NCBI GenBank assembly: GCA_044463985.1
Contig: JBIQLU010000004.1
Span: forward strand, 1-48,115
Source: Gemmatimonas aurantiaca
Lineage (GTDB): Bacteria > Gemmatimonadota > Gemmatimonadetes > Gemmatimonadales > Gemmatimonadaceae
Direction of reading: 5' to 3'
DNA length: 48,115 nucleotides
The translations under genes and the position numbers were made by a program. The notes below the pieces were generated by a model, which had not been told where the DNA came from, searched no databases, and saw only the letters and a program-made list of their open reading frames with translations. Each line of letters opens with the position of its first letter. Within the stretch, counting starts at the first letter, position 1. Below are positions 1 to 9,158 of the stretch, one piece after another.

Positions 1-64
1 GAGGCTTCGTGCCGGAGAATCCTACGACCTGCACCATACTGGAGAGTCAATGGGGATAAACGGC

Positions 65-163
65 GGGGTCAGGCACCTGCCGTAGAGGGATCGTCAGCGT
101 CGCTGACGATCCCTCTACGGCAGGTGCCTGACCCCTTTCCCTCTACAGCAGGTGCCTGACCCC
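65..163. repeat. Perfect inverted repeat with 35-nt arms (65-99 and 101-135), followed by a third direct 25-nt copy of the arm (139-163). Probably a terminator or REP-like element.
   Basis: Read directly. GGGGTCAGGCACCTGCCGTAGAGGGATCGTCAGCG, then T, then its exact reverse complement. After that, CCCTCTACAGCAGGTGCCTGACCCC repeats 111-135 with one mismatch (A147 versus G119). It lies immediately 3' of the minus-strand stop at 164-166. Confidence 0.85.
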
Positions 164-2596
164 TTACGATCGACCGCTTGCGATCGCCGCGTACACGGCG
201 CGCGCCTTCATGACCTCGGCCTTGAACTTCTCGTGTTCGGCCGGCGTACGCCACGGACCGCGCTCGACGCGCGCGAGTATCGCATCCATGGTCGCGACGA
301 AGAACTGTGCATCCTCCCTCGATGTGAAGGTACGTCCATTCCGCACCACGTAGACGGGACTCGTCTGGGCGAACGCGTAGCTGTCCGCCACGTAGCGCGA
401 CGAGGGGCCGATCACTCGCGCGGCGACCCAGCCGCCCTGCGGCACGGCCACGCTGCCATCGAAGGTGATTCGGCTCGAATCGGCGGCGTTCACGGTCGCC
501 GCGACCTTGCCGTTCGCGATGATCTCGAGGCGCGCCATCGGAGTGATCGACGTCGCCTCGGCGCGCACTCGGAGCGTGTTGCCCGCCTTCCCGTCGAGCC
601 GGATCTCGTCGCCCGGCTCGTGGCCGGCCACATCCAGGAAGAGCAGGGGACCGGTAGAGCCGAACGTGTGCTGTGCCTTGATCGCGGCGATCCAGCTTTC
701 GAGCGAGAGCGGCCCGTCGACGTGCGCGTACGTACGATCGGAGCCGGCCGGCGGGTCGCGCCACACATCCGAGAAGTTGTCGGTTCCGGCCGTGGCGGCG
801 ATCCGGAAACCGCAGTTGAGCAGCTTGTAATACAACTCCGACGATGCGACTTCGTCCGACCAGATCGCTCCGATGTCGTAGAAATCGCCCTTGCCGAGCG
901 CGATGTCCACGGGAATCAACGTGCTGGCCGCACGCTCCGGCGTGGTCACTTCGGTGATGTACGGGTGGCCGAAACCTGCGATCCCGCCCTGCGCGCGCGC
1001 TTCATCCACATAGCGCGAGTCGAGCTCCGGCTGCGAATAGGGGGTGTTGCGTACGCCGCTCGTGAACGGAAGGATGAACCGGCTGGTTCCGAGTATGGAG
1101 ATGTGGCCGAGCGAGCCGCGGAACTCCTCGCCGTACTGGAGGATGTATTCCGGCGTGGAGAGGGGGCTCGGCTTCCCCGTCAGATCGTCCCAGCGTCCCA
1201 TGATGCGCGTGCCGTCCATGTGGATCAGCGCGTTGGTGACGTGCAGGTCCTCGGCGCGCAGTTGATCGAAGAAAGTCTCGTGCGTGAGGCCGAAGCGACC
1301 CTGGTGCAGATCGTGGATGTGCGTGTCGCCCGAATACCAGCCGCGGGAGGGAAGATCCGCGATGCGCTCGAGCTGGATGGTCGCGCTCTCCACGCCGCCT
1401 CGCGCGACGTTCACGGTCACGGCGCGCGGCCGGTACTCGAAGCCCTTCATGGCTTCGATCGTGGCGTCGCCCGCAGGGAGCTCGAGCTCGAACTCGCCAG
1501 TCGTGTGAAAGTAGTGGGACTCCGTAACCGAGATCACGCGATGGAAGCCGCCGTCGGGCGCATACGCGCGTCCGTCGCTCGCTCGCACGTAGATGCGCGA
1601 AGCCACCGGTGCGCCGTCCGGGCCCAGCACCTTCACCCTGAGCCGGCCGGTCGCCAGACGCGGGCGACGAGAGGTCGTGGAGACCATGCTCCAGGAAGGA
1701 AACGGGCCGCCACCGGAACCGACCGTGTAGAGCGCGGTCGCCCCCGCCCGGTTGGAGACGAATGCGAAGCGACTCCCATCGGGGCTCGGCGTAGGAGAGT
1801 ACTCGTCGCGTGCGTCCGCCGTGAGCAGCTCGGGATTACCGCCCGATGCGGCGACGAGCATCACGTCGTTGGATCCACCTTCGTCCGAGACATAGAGGAT
1901 GGCGGTGCCGTCGGGAGTCCACGCCGGCTTCATGCGGTATTCGGTTTCCTCGTACTGCACGAGTCGCGGCTCGCCGTCAGGAAGCTCCTTTACCCAGAGG
2001 CCGCCGCTTCCGAGCTTGCCGCGAACGCGGTCCACGTAGGCGAGCAGCTTTCCATCCGGCGAGATCGCCGGCTGGATTCCACTCACCACCTGCTCGTCCT
2101 TCCCGCTGTCGACGTCGTGTCTGTAGATGTGGAAACCGCGGCCGCCGCGATCGCTCACGAAGTAGATGCTCCTGCCGTCGGGACTCCACGTCGGCTCGAC
2201 ATCGACCGCGGCGTCGCTCGTGATGCGAGCCACCTCGCCGCCATCGGCGTCGACGACGCCGATTTCGAGATTGCCATCGAAGTCGACGGTCAGGGCGACG
2301 CGTTTGCCGTCGGGGCTCCATGCGGGCTCGAAGTGGTAGCGCGGTCCCGCGGTCAGCGCTACCGCCTCGCCGCCGTTCACCGGGACCTTCCAGACATCGC
2401 CGCGCATCGACACCGCGATCCAGCGTCCGTCCGGGCTCCACGCGGGATCGAGCGGACCGGTACTCGTGGCGGGGAGCATGTGACGATCGGTGCGGTCGTT
2501 GTTCGTGTAGCGATTCGGACCGGCGTAGGCGACGACCGTGGAAGCGAGTACGATCGCACATGCGGCGACGGCCGTCGCTGCGGTTCGTGCAGTCAT
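164..2596 (-). CDS. Secreted fusion of a TolB-like beta-propeller with a PHP/CehA-McbA-type metallohydrolase domain
   Basis: ORF 164..2716. The start was moved to ATG 2596 (MTARTAATAVAACAIVLAS, signal-like). The N-terminal half has repeated PAWSPDG/PTWSPDG/ISPDG/PSPDG propeller motifs. The C-terminal half has the GDTHIHD, GFGHPY and TAGTDNF metal-site motifs. Confidence 0.8.
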   Translation of the reverse strand: MTARTAATAVAACAIVLASTVVAYAGPNRYTNNDRTDRHMLPATSTGPLDPAWSPDGRWIAVSMRGDVWKVPVNGGEAVALTAGPRYHFEPAWSPDGKRVALTVDFDGNLEIGVVDADGGEVARITSDAAVDVEPTWSPDGRSIYFVSDRGGRGFHIYRHDVDSGKDEQVVSGIQPAISPDGKLLAYVDRVRGKLGSGGLWVKELPDGEPRLVQYEETEYRMKPAWTPDGTAILYVSDEGGSNDVMLVAASGGNPELLTADARDEYSPTPSPDGSRFAFVSNRAGATALYTVGSGGGPFPSWSMVSTTSRRPRLATGRLRVKVLGPDGAPVASRIYVRASDGRAYAPDGGFHRVISVTESHYFHTTGEFELELPAGDATIEAMKGFEYRPRAVTVNVARGGVESATIQLERIADLPSRGWYSGDTHIHDLHQGRFGLTHETFFDQLRAEDLHVTNALIHMDGTRIMGRWDDLTGKPSPLSTPEYILQYGEEFRGSLGHISILGTSRFILPFTSGVRNTPYSQPELDSRYVDEARAQGGIAGFGHPYITEVTTPERAASTLIPVDIALGKGDFYDIGAIWSDEVASSELYYKLLNCGFRIAATAGTDNFSDVWRDPPAGSDRTYAHVDGPLSLESWIAAIKAQHTFGSTGPLLFLDVAGHEPGDEIRLDGKAGNTLRVRAEATSITPMARLEIIANGKVAATVNAADSSRITFDGSVAVPQGGWVAARVIGPSSRYVADSYAFAQTSPVYVVRNGRTFTSREDAQFFVATMDAILARVERGPWRTPAEHEKFKAEVMKARAVYAAIASGRS

Positions 2597-2666
2597 GAAT
2601 GGGCGCGGGTTGAGGTCATGGGTCGGGCCGGAGGATGGCGGGCAGGTGCTGCGGAGGGGAGGGGTA

Positions 2667-2712
2667 TGGACGAAAGCGCAAACCGTGTATACAATATATC
2701 CGAATACAATAT
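2667..2712 (+). promoter_or_regulatory. Candidate sigma70-type promoter with a duplicated ATACAATAT box, in the divergent intergenic region
   Basis: TGGACG (2667-2672), a 17-bp spacer, then TACAAT (2690-2695). ATACAATAT occurs twice (2689-2697 and 2704-2712), 15 bp apart, in a locally AT-rich patch upstream of the M28 gene. Confidence 0.3.
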
Positions 2713-2848
2713 CCAAGAGCAGCGTCGTAGCCGCGATCCGGTGCCTCTCGCCCGCGCCACCCGGCTACGCGCACTCGCCCGCCGATGCCGTTCCGCCCAC
2801 CTCGTTCGCTCCCTGCCAGTCTCTCCCACTCATCTCAGTTGTAAAAGT

Positions 2849-4279
2849 ATGGAATCTAAGATACTGCGCCGGGCGATACTCGCCATCCTCGCAGTCGCAG
2901 TCGCCGCATGTGCGAGGGCGGACGCCGGTGGTGCCCGCGGCGGCGCCGGCATCGAGCAGCGCTACTCCACGCTGGGTGCGTCCGTCGGACACGACATGGG
3001 AATGCTGCCCGACACCGCGCTCGCGCGCGTCATCGCGGACATCGATCCCGCGATGATCCGCGCCACCGACTCGACCCTCGTCTCGTTCGGCACGCGACAC
3101 ACGTTCAGCGACACCGTCAGCGATACACGCGGGAACGGCGCTGCACGACGGTTCCTACATGCCACGCTTCGGCGCTACGCGGACGAGTGCGACGGATGTC
3201 TCAGGGTGGAGTACGACACCGCGAGCATCGAGGTCAGGCGATTCCCGTCTCGTCCGATCGCCCATGTCGTCAACGTGCTCGCCTGGCTCCCTGGCAGCGA
3301 CGCGAAACGAGTGGTGGTCATCACTGGCCACTACGATTCGTGCATCTGCCAGACCGACCATGAAGACGCCGTCTCCGACGCTCCGGGCGCCGATGACGAT
3401 GCTTCCGGCACCTCGGCCGTCGTCGAGCTGGCGCGCGTCTTCTCGAAGCGCTATCCGAAAGGGCTGCGGGCGACCGTCCTCTTCGCCCTGGTGGGCGCCG
3501 AGGAGCAGGGCCTCCTGGGCTCCGGCCACCTCGCGCAGCGTCTTCATGACGAGGGCTACACGGTGGTGGGAGACATGTCGGACGACATCGTCGGGAATGT
3601 CGAATCCGACGATGGCCGGATCGATTCCACCACAATGCGCATATACAGCGCCGACCCCGATAACTCGCCCAGTCGCGAGCTGGCACGATATGCCGTGGCG
3701 CTCGGAGGGATTTACAACCCGGACTTCCGCATCCTGCACGTACTCCGAATCGATCGAATCGGACGCGGGACGGATCACGAACCGTTCGTGGCTCGCGGCG
3801 ATCCGGGCATCCGCACCACCGAGAGGATGGAGGCGCTGTCGCGCCAGCACAGCCCGCGCGATGTCTTTTCCGCGGTCAATTTCGGCTACGCGGCGAACAT
3901 CGCGCGCCTGAACGCTGCCGTCATCGGCTCGCTCGGCAGCGCACCGCCGCCGCCGGACAGTGTGCGTGCGCGCCGCCATCCTCCCGCGGGTCAGAGCTGG
4001 GATCTGACCTGGCAGCGCTCTCCGGGCGCAGTGAATTACGAGATTCTGGTGCGCTCGACGACGTCGCCGGCCTGGGAGCGGATCATCCAGGCCGGCGATA
4101 CCACGGCCTTCGAGCTGGACGCGCAGCTCGACGACGTCTGGGCGGCGGTACGCAGCGTGGGACCGGATGGCCATCGCTCGCTCGCGGTGGTGGTGCCGCC
4201 GGCGCGTCGACCGAGAGCCGTTTCGGTCGCGCCCGATGGCGCGCGTAGTGGCTCGCGGACCGGGAGTCCGGCGAGATAG
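2849..4279 (+). CDS. M28 family metallopeptidase with a C-terminal fibronectin type III-like domain; secreted or lipoprotein
   Basis: This is the 3' part of ORF 152..4279, starting at ATG 2849 (MESKILRRAILAILAVAVAAC). M28 motifs are present: VVITGHYDS, PGADDDASGTSAVVELAR and VGAEEQGLLGS. The C-terminal WDLTWQRSPGAVNYEILVRS segment is FN3-like. Confidence 0.85.
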   Translation: MESKILRRAILAILAVAVAACARADAGGARGGAGIEQRYSTLGASVGHDMGMLPDTALARVIADIDPAMIRATDSTLVSFGTRHTFSDTVSDTRGNGAARRFLHATLRRYADECDGCLRVEYDTASIEVRRFPSRPIAHVVNVLAWLPGSDAKRVVVITGHYDSCICQTDHEDAVSDAPGADDDASGTSAVVELARVFSKRYPKGLRATVLFALVGAEEQGLLGSGHLAQRLHDEGYTVVGDMSDDIVGNVESDDGRIDSTTMRIYSADPDNSPSRELARYAVALGGIYNPDFRILHVLRIDRIGRGTDHEPFVARGDPGIRTTERMEALSRQHSPRDVFSAVNFGYAANIARLNAAVIGSLGSAPPPPDSVRARRHPPAGQSWDLTWQRSPGAVNYEILVRSTTSPAWERIIQAGDTTAFELDAQLDDVWAAVRSVGPDGHRSLAVVVPPARRPRAVSVAPDGARSGSRTGSPAR

Positions 4280-4368
4280 CAACATCGAGGTGGTGCGCCG
4301 CAGCCGGTCGCGCGACTCGGCGCCGACATTGGAGATCACACCTTTTACAAAGCGTGACAGGAGACAGC

Positions 4369-7300
4369 ATGCGATATCGAATCAGGTCCGTCCTTTCGCT
4401 CACGTTCGCGATGGCATTTCTGCCCGCATGGATCGCGGCCCAGGAAGCAACCATCAGCGGGCGGGTGAGCAGCGACGGAGGGCTGCCGCTGGCCAATGCG
4501 AGCGTCTTCATAGAGGGAATGAACGTCGGCACGCTGGCGCGCGAGGGCGGCACGTATTCCTTCACGGTGGCGCCCGGAAACGTGAACGGGCAGAAAGTGA
4601 CTCTCACGGCACGGCTGATCGGCTACAAGGCGGAGTCGGTGGAGATCACGCTCTCGCCCGGCGCGATCACGCACGACTTCGTGCTGGCGCAGAACGCGGT
4701 ACAGCTCGAGGGGCTGGTGGTCACCGCCCTCGGCATCGCGCGCGAGAAGCGCTCGCTCGGCGTGGCGCAGCAGAGCGTCACTGCCGAAGAGCTCACCTCC
4801 GCGAGGGAGAACAACATCGTGAACTCCCTCAGCGGCAAGGTGGCCGGCGTGAACATCACCAACGCCGGGCCGACGGGCGGCTCCTCTCGCCTGGTCATCC
4901 GTGGCGCCAATTCCATTGCGGGCAACAACGAGCCGCTCTGGGTCGTGGACGGCATCCCGATCGACAACTCGGCGACGGCGAATCCTACCGGCGGCGGTTA
5001 CGACTACGGCAATACCGCGCAGGACATCAGCCCCGACAACATCGAGTCGATCAGCATCCTGAAGGGCGCGAACGCGGCCGCCCTTTACGGCTCGCGCGCG
5101 GCCAACGGCGCGGTGGTGATCACCACCAAGAGCGGAAAGGGAAGCCGCGGCCTCGGCATCACGGCGAGCCAGAACCTCACCTTCGAGACGCCGCTGCGCC
5201 TTCCCGATTTCCAGAACCAGTACGGCCAGGGGTCGGGCGGGAAGTTCGAGTTCGTGGATGGCAAGGGTGGCGGTACCAGCGACAACGTGAACAGGAGCTG
5301 GGGGCCGCCGCTGGATGGACGGTTGATCAAGCAGTGGTTCAGCGATGGAGAAGCCGTGCCCTGGCTCCCACACCCCGATCGCGTGCGTGACTTCTTCAGG
5401 ACGGGTCGCACCTCCAACACGAACGCGTCAGTATCCGCCGCGAGCGAGAAGGCTGATTTCCGACTGGGGATCACCAACCTCGACGCGCTCGGCATGCTGC
5501 CGACCAACACCATCAAGCGGTTCAACACTTCGCTGAATGGCGGCGCGAACGTCAACGAGAAGCTGAGCGTGCGCGCCTCGATTCAGTATGTGAAGTCGAG
5601 CGCGCACAACCGGCCCGGTACCGGCTACGACAACCGCAACGTGTTGCAGAACGTGATCTGGAGCGGCCGGCAGCTCGATAACGCTACGCTGAGCAACTAC
5701 AAGAATCCGGATGGGACCCAGCGGGCACCGAGCTACACCACCGTCGACAACCCGTTCTGGGTGCTGTACATGAACTCCAACGACGACACGCGCGACCGCG
5801 TGATCGGCGTGGGGACCGTGACGTACAAGTTCAACGACTGGCTCACCGGTGCGGTCCGCTCGGGTACCGACTGGTATCGTGACTGGCGCAGGCAGCGTTA
5901 CGCCGACGGCATGCTCGGCATCGACTATTCCGGTGGCGCGTTCAACGAGTCGGTGCGCTTCAACCGTGAAACGAACACGGACTTCCTCCTCACCGCGGAG
6001 CGCAACGTCACGAGCAAGCTCGGTGTCACCGTGAACGTGGGTGGCAACCAGCGCGTGAGCCGCTACAGCATGTCGGGCCAGGGTACGAACCATCTGGTGA
6101 TCCCTGGAACGTACAACATCGGCAACTCGGCGGTGATCCCCGACGTGGATCAGACGGAGCGCAACCGGCAGACCAACAGTCTTTACGGCCAGGCGCAGTT
6201 CTCCTACGACAACTATCTCTTCGTCGATGTGACGGGCCGCAACGACTGGTCTTCGACGCTGCCGGCGGAGAACAATTCGTACTTCTATCCTTCGGTCTCG
6301 GGCAGCCTTGTCTTCACGGATGCCTTCCCGTCGTTCAACCTCGGCGGCCTCCTGACATACGGGAAGCTGCGCGGCGGCTGGACTCAGGTGGGTAACGACG
6401 CCGATCCGTACCAGCTCGCGATCACCTATTCTCCCACGACGCCGTTCGGGAGCATCCCGCGCTTCGCTGTGCCGAATCAGGTGCCCAATCCCGATCTCCA
6501 GCCCGAGAAGACGCGCTCGTGGGAGACGGGCCTCGAGCTCCGTTTCCTGCACGACAGGGTGTCGCTCGACGCTACGTACTACGACAAGCTCACGAGCAAC
6601 CAGATCATTCCGGCACAGGTATCCGGCGCGAGCGGCTATACGAGCGCGGTGCTCAACGCCGGTTCGGTGAGGAACAAGGGCGTGGAACTGCAGCTCGGTG
6701 CGACGCCGGTGCGCACGGCCGGTGGCTTCACCTGGGACGTCAACGTCAACTTCGCCAAGAACAACAGCGAGGTAGAGAGCCTGTATCCCGGTCTCGAGAC
6801 CGTGGTTCTGGCCACGTACTGGAGTCTCACGGTCGAGGCGCGTGAGGGGGAGCCATACGGCGCGCTTTACGGAACTCCGTTCCTCAGGGATGACCAGGGT
6901 CGGCTGATCACGGTCGACGGCTTCCCGCAGCCGGATCCGCAGAAGCGCGTGCTGGGACACTACACGCCGAACTGGACCGGCGGCATCCAGAATCGCCTCG
7001 GCTACAAGAGCTTCGATTTCAGCTTCCTGTTCGACACCAAGCAGGGTGGACAGATTTTCAGCGCCTCGAACATGTTCGGTGACATGTCGGGGGTACTCGC
7101 TTCCTCCCTTCTTGGCCGAGAGAAGGCTCAGGCGATCGAGGACGGCGGCGGGATGATCGTTCCCGGAGTGAACAAGGATGGCACTCCGAATACGACCATC
7201 GTCACGTCCCAGGCGTACTTCAATGGCTTGTTCCAGCTCCACGAGCCCTTCGTGTACGATGCCAGCTTCGTGAAGCTTCGCGAGGTGAAGCTCGGCTATG

Positions 7301-7500
7301 CCGTGCCGTCGTCGTTCAGCGGGAAGCTCGGTATCTCGTCGGCCTACGTCGCCGTGGTGGGACGCAATCTCTGGCTGCACACGAGCGTCCCGAACATCGA
7401 TCCCGAGACCGCCTTCTCGTCCAGCAACGCCCAGGGAATCGAGAACGCGCAGTTCCCATCGGCACGGAGCTTCGGCTTCATGATCAACGTCACGCCATGA
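4369..7500 (+). CDS. SusC/RagA family TonB-linked outer membrane protein
   Basis: ORF 4354..7500. ATG 4369 is preceded by AGGAGA. The N-terminus is CarboxypepD_reg-like (ATISGRVSSDGGLPLANASVFIEG). The plug has NIVNSLSGKVAGVNIT and SRLVIRGANSI..NEPLWVVDGIP. The protein ends in a terminal aromatic beta-barrel segment. Confidence 0.9.
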   Translation: MRYRIRSVLSLTFAMAFLPAWIAAQEATISGRVSSDGGLPLANASVFIEGMNVGTLAREGGTYSFTVAPGNVNGQKVTLTARLIGYKAESVEITLSPGAITHDFVLAQNAVQLEGLVVTALGIAREKRSLGVAQQSVTAEELTSARENNIVNSLSGKVAGVNITNAGPTGGSSRLVIRGANSIAGNNEPLWVVDGIPIDNSATANPTGGGYDYGNTAQDISPDNIESISILKGANAAALYGSRAANGAVVITTKSGKGSRGLGITASQNLTFETPLRLPDFQNQYGQGSGGKFEFVDGKGGGTSDNVNRSWGPPLDGRLIKQWFSDGEAVPWLPHPDRVRDFFRTGRTSNTNASVSAASEKADFRLGITNLDALGMLPTNTIKRFNTSLNGGANVNEKLSVRASIQYVKSSAHNRPGTGYDNRNVLQNVIWSGRQLDNATLSNYKNPDGTQRAPSYTTVDNPFWVLYMNSNDDTRDRVIGVGTVTYKFNDWLTGAVRSGTDWYRDWRRQRYADGMLGIDYSGGAFNESVRFNRETNTDFLLTAERNVTSKLGVTVNVGGNQRVSRYSMSGQGTNHLVIPGTYNIGNSAVIPDVDQTERNRQTNSLYGQAQFSYDNYLFVDVTGRNDWSSTLPAENNSYFYPSVSGSLVFTDAFPSFNLGGLLTYGKLRGGWTQVGNDADPYQLAITYSPTTPFGSIPRFAVPNQVPNPDLQPEKTRSWETGLELRFLHDRVSLDATYYDKLTSNQIIPAQVSGASGYTSAVLNAGSVRNKGVELQLGATPVRTAGGFTWDVNVNFAKNNSEVESLYPGLETVVLATYWSLTVEAREGEPYGALYGTPFLRDDQGRLITVDGFPQPDPQKRVLGHYTPNWTGGIQNRLGYKSFDFSFLFDTKQGGQIFSASNMFGDMSGVLASSLLGREKAQAIEDGGGMIVPGVNKDGTPNTTIVTSQAYFNGLFQLHEPFVYDASFVKLREVKLGYAVPSSFSGKLGISSAYVAVVGRNLWLHTSVPNIDPETAFSSSNAQGIENAQFPSARSFGFMINVTP

Positions 7501-9011
7501 GCATACAGCACACTTCACATACGGGACCAGGCATGAGACACTTCACGATCGCCGGGATCGTTCCTCTACTCGCGCTCGCGCTCGTGGCGACGTCCTGCGA
7601 CAGCGGGTTGACCGGGGTGAACGACAACCCGAATGCACCGGGCAGCGTCACGCCGCAATACCTCTTCCCCAACGGCGTAACCAGTGCCGTGGGCCGGATT
7701 CGTGGCGGCGGCTTCGACCTCACTTTCACTTCGCTCTGGGCGCAGCACATAGCGATGGACCGCTTCACGGATGAAGATCGCTATTCCATCCGCCCGGCGA
7801 CCATCGACGGCAACTGGTCGAACTTCTATTCCGGTGAGCTGGAGGACTTCCAGACCATCCTCGACCAGACCGATCCGAACGAATCGCCCGCTCTCGTGGG
7901 GCCGACGCTGGTAATGAAGTCGTGGACCTTCGGAGTCATGACCGACATCTGGGGCGACATTCCCTACTCCGAGGCGAATCAGGGAACCGTGAACTTCACG
8001 CCGAAGTACGACAGCCAGAAGAGTGTCTACGACGGCATTCTCTCGGACCTGACGTCGGCGAACGACCTCATGGCCTCCGCCGGCGCGGGCTACGGCAGCG
8101 CCGACCCGATCTATCAGGGTGACGCAGGCAAGTGGCAGCGCTTCGCGAACTCGCTCCGGCTGCGCTTCGCGCTCCGTCTGGTCAAGGTCGACCCTGACAG
8201 GGCGAAGAGCGAGGCTACCGCCGCAATCGCCGCGGGCGTCTTCAATTCCAATGATGACAACGCGCTGCTGCAGTGGCCGGGCGATGGTACGAACGACAAT
8301 CCGTTCTTCAACACGTTCCGTACGCGCGACGATCAGCATGTCAGCCAGACCCTGGTCGACACGCTCAAGGCGCTCTACGTCTCGATCGCCGGCAATGACA
8401 CGACTTTCGATCCGAGACTCGCCGTCTACGCCGATCCGATCGCGTCCGCGCTTCCGAACATCGTCTACGTCGGCGCGCCGAACGGGTTGCAGGACGACGA
8501 TGCCATTGCCATAGGAATCTCCAACACGTCGCGCGTAGGAGCAGCCTATCGCCAGCGCGCCACGCCTTCGATCCTGATGCTGTACGCCGAAGTGCTCTTC
8601 GGCGAAGCGGAAGCCGCTGCCCGCGGCTGGACAGCAGGCGACGCTGCGGCGCTCTACGCCGATGGCATCCGCGCTTCGATGGAATACAACGGGATCTCGG
8701 GCAGCGTGATCGACGCGTACATCGCGTCGCCGCGTGTCGCTTACGTACCGGCGAACGGCCTCACGCAGATCGCGCTCCAGAAGTGGATCGCGCTCTACGC
8801 CCAGGGCGCTGATGCGTACGCGGAGTTCCGCCGTACGGGCGTGCCGGCGCTGCAGCCAGGCCCCGCGGTGATCACCGATCCGAAGATCGTTGCTCGCCGG
8901 CTGACGTATCCTCTCGCGGAGCAGTCGTTCAACAACGATAACCTCCAGTCCGCCATCGCCGCGCAGGGTGGCGCGTCGCTGAACGACAGGGTCTGGTGGG
9001 ACGTCCCCTGA
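7497..9011 (+). CDS. SusD/RagB family nutrient-binding outer membrane lipoprotein
   Basis: It lies immediately after SusC, with an ATGA overlap at 7497-7500. The alternative start is ATG 7533 (MRHFTIAGIVPLLALALVATSC, lipobox). Its length and alpha-helical composition, and the pairing with SusC, are typical of the family. Confidence 0.85.
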   Translation: MSIQHTSHTGPGMRHFTIAGIVPLLALALVATSCDSGLTGVNDNPNAPGSVTPQYLFPNGVTSAVGRIRGGGFDLTFTSLWAQHIAMDRFTDEDRYSIRPATIDGNWSNFYSGELEDFQTILDQTDPNESPALVGPTLVMKSWTFGVMTDIWGDIPYSEANQGTVNFTPKYDSQKSVYDGILSDLTSANDLMASAGAGYGSADPIYQGDAGKWQRFANSLRLRFALRLVKVDPDRAKSEATAAIAAGVFNSNDDNALLQWPGDGTNDNPFFNTFRTRDDQHVSQTLVDTLKALYVSIAGNDTTFDPRLAVYADPIASALPNIVYVGAPNGLQDDDAIAIGISNTSRVGAAYRQRATPSILMLYAEVLFGEAEAAARGWTAGDAAALYADGIRASMEYNGISGSVIDAYIASPRVAYVPANGLTQIALQKWIALYAQGADAYAEFRRTGVPALQPGPAVITDPKIVARRLTYPLAEQSFNNDNLQSAIAAQGGASLNDRVWWDVP

Positions 9012-9158
9012 TGCACCGCTGAGTCGGACGAACCCGACGCGCGGCGGCTGATTCGCCACGCAGTCGGGCTCCGTCCTCGAACCAGGAGCCGCACTCTCGA
9101 TGCCCTCACCGATCCGTCGGGCGGGCTTCCGGGGGTGCGGCTTCGCTTATCTTCCTGC

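Noticed and set aside
65-163. A CRISPR array interpretation of the repeats at 65-163 and 44032-44067
   Set aside because: There are only 2-3 copies, arranged as inverted or abutting repeats with no spacers of regular length. No cas genes are in the window.
152-2848. The first 2.7 kb of the 1375-aa plus-strand ORF 152..4279
   Set aside because: It runs antisense to the well-supported TolB/PHP gene. It is Arg/Gly/Ala-rich with no domain signature. The real gene (M28 peptidase) begins at ATG 2849 with a signal peptide. This is a typical high-GC shadow ORF that happens to be fused in frame.
5428-9059. Long minus-strand ORFs 5428..7518 and 7566..9059
   Set aside because: They run antisense to the SusC and SusD genes, have Arg-rich shadow composition, and match no recognisable family.
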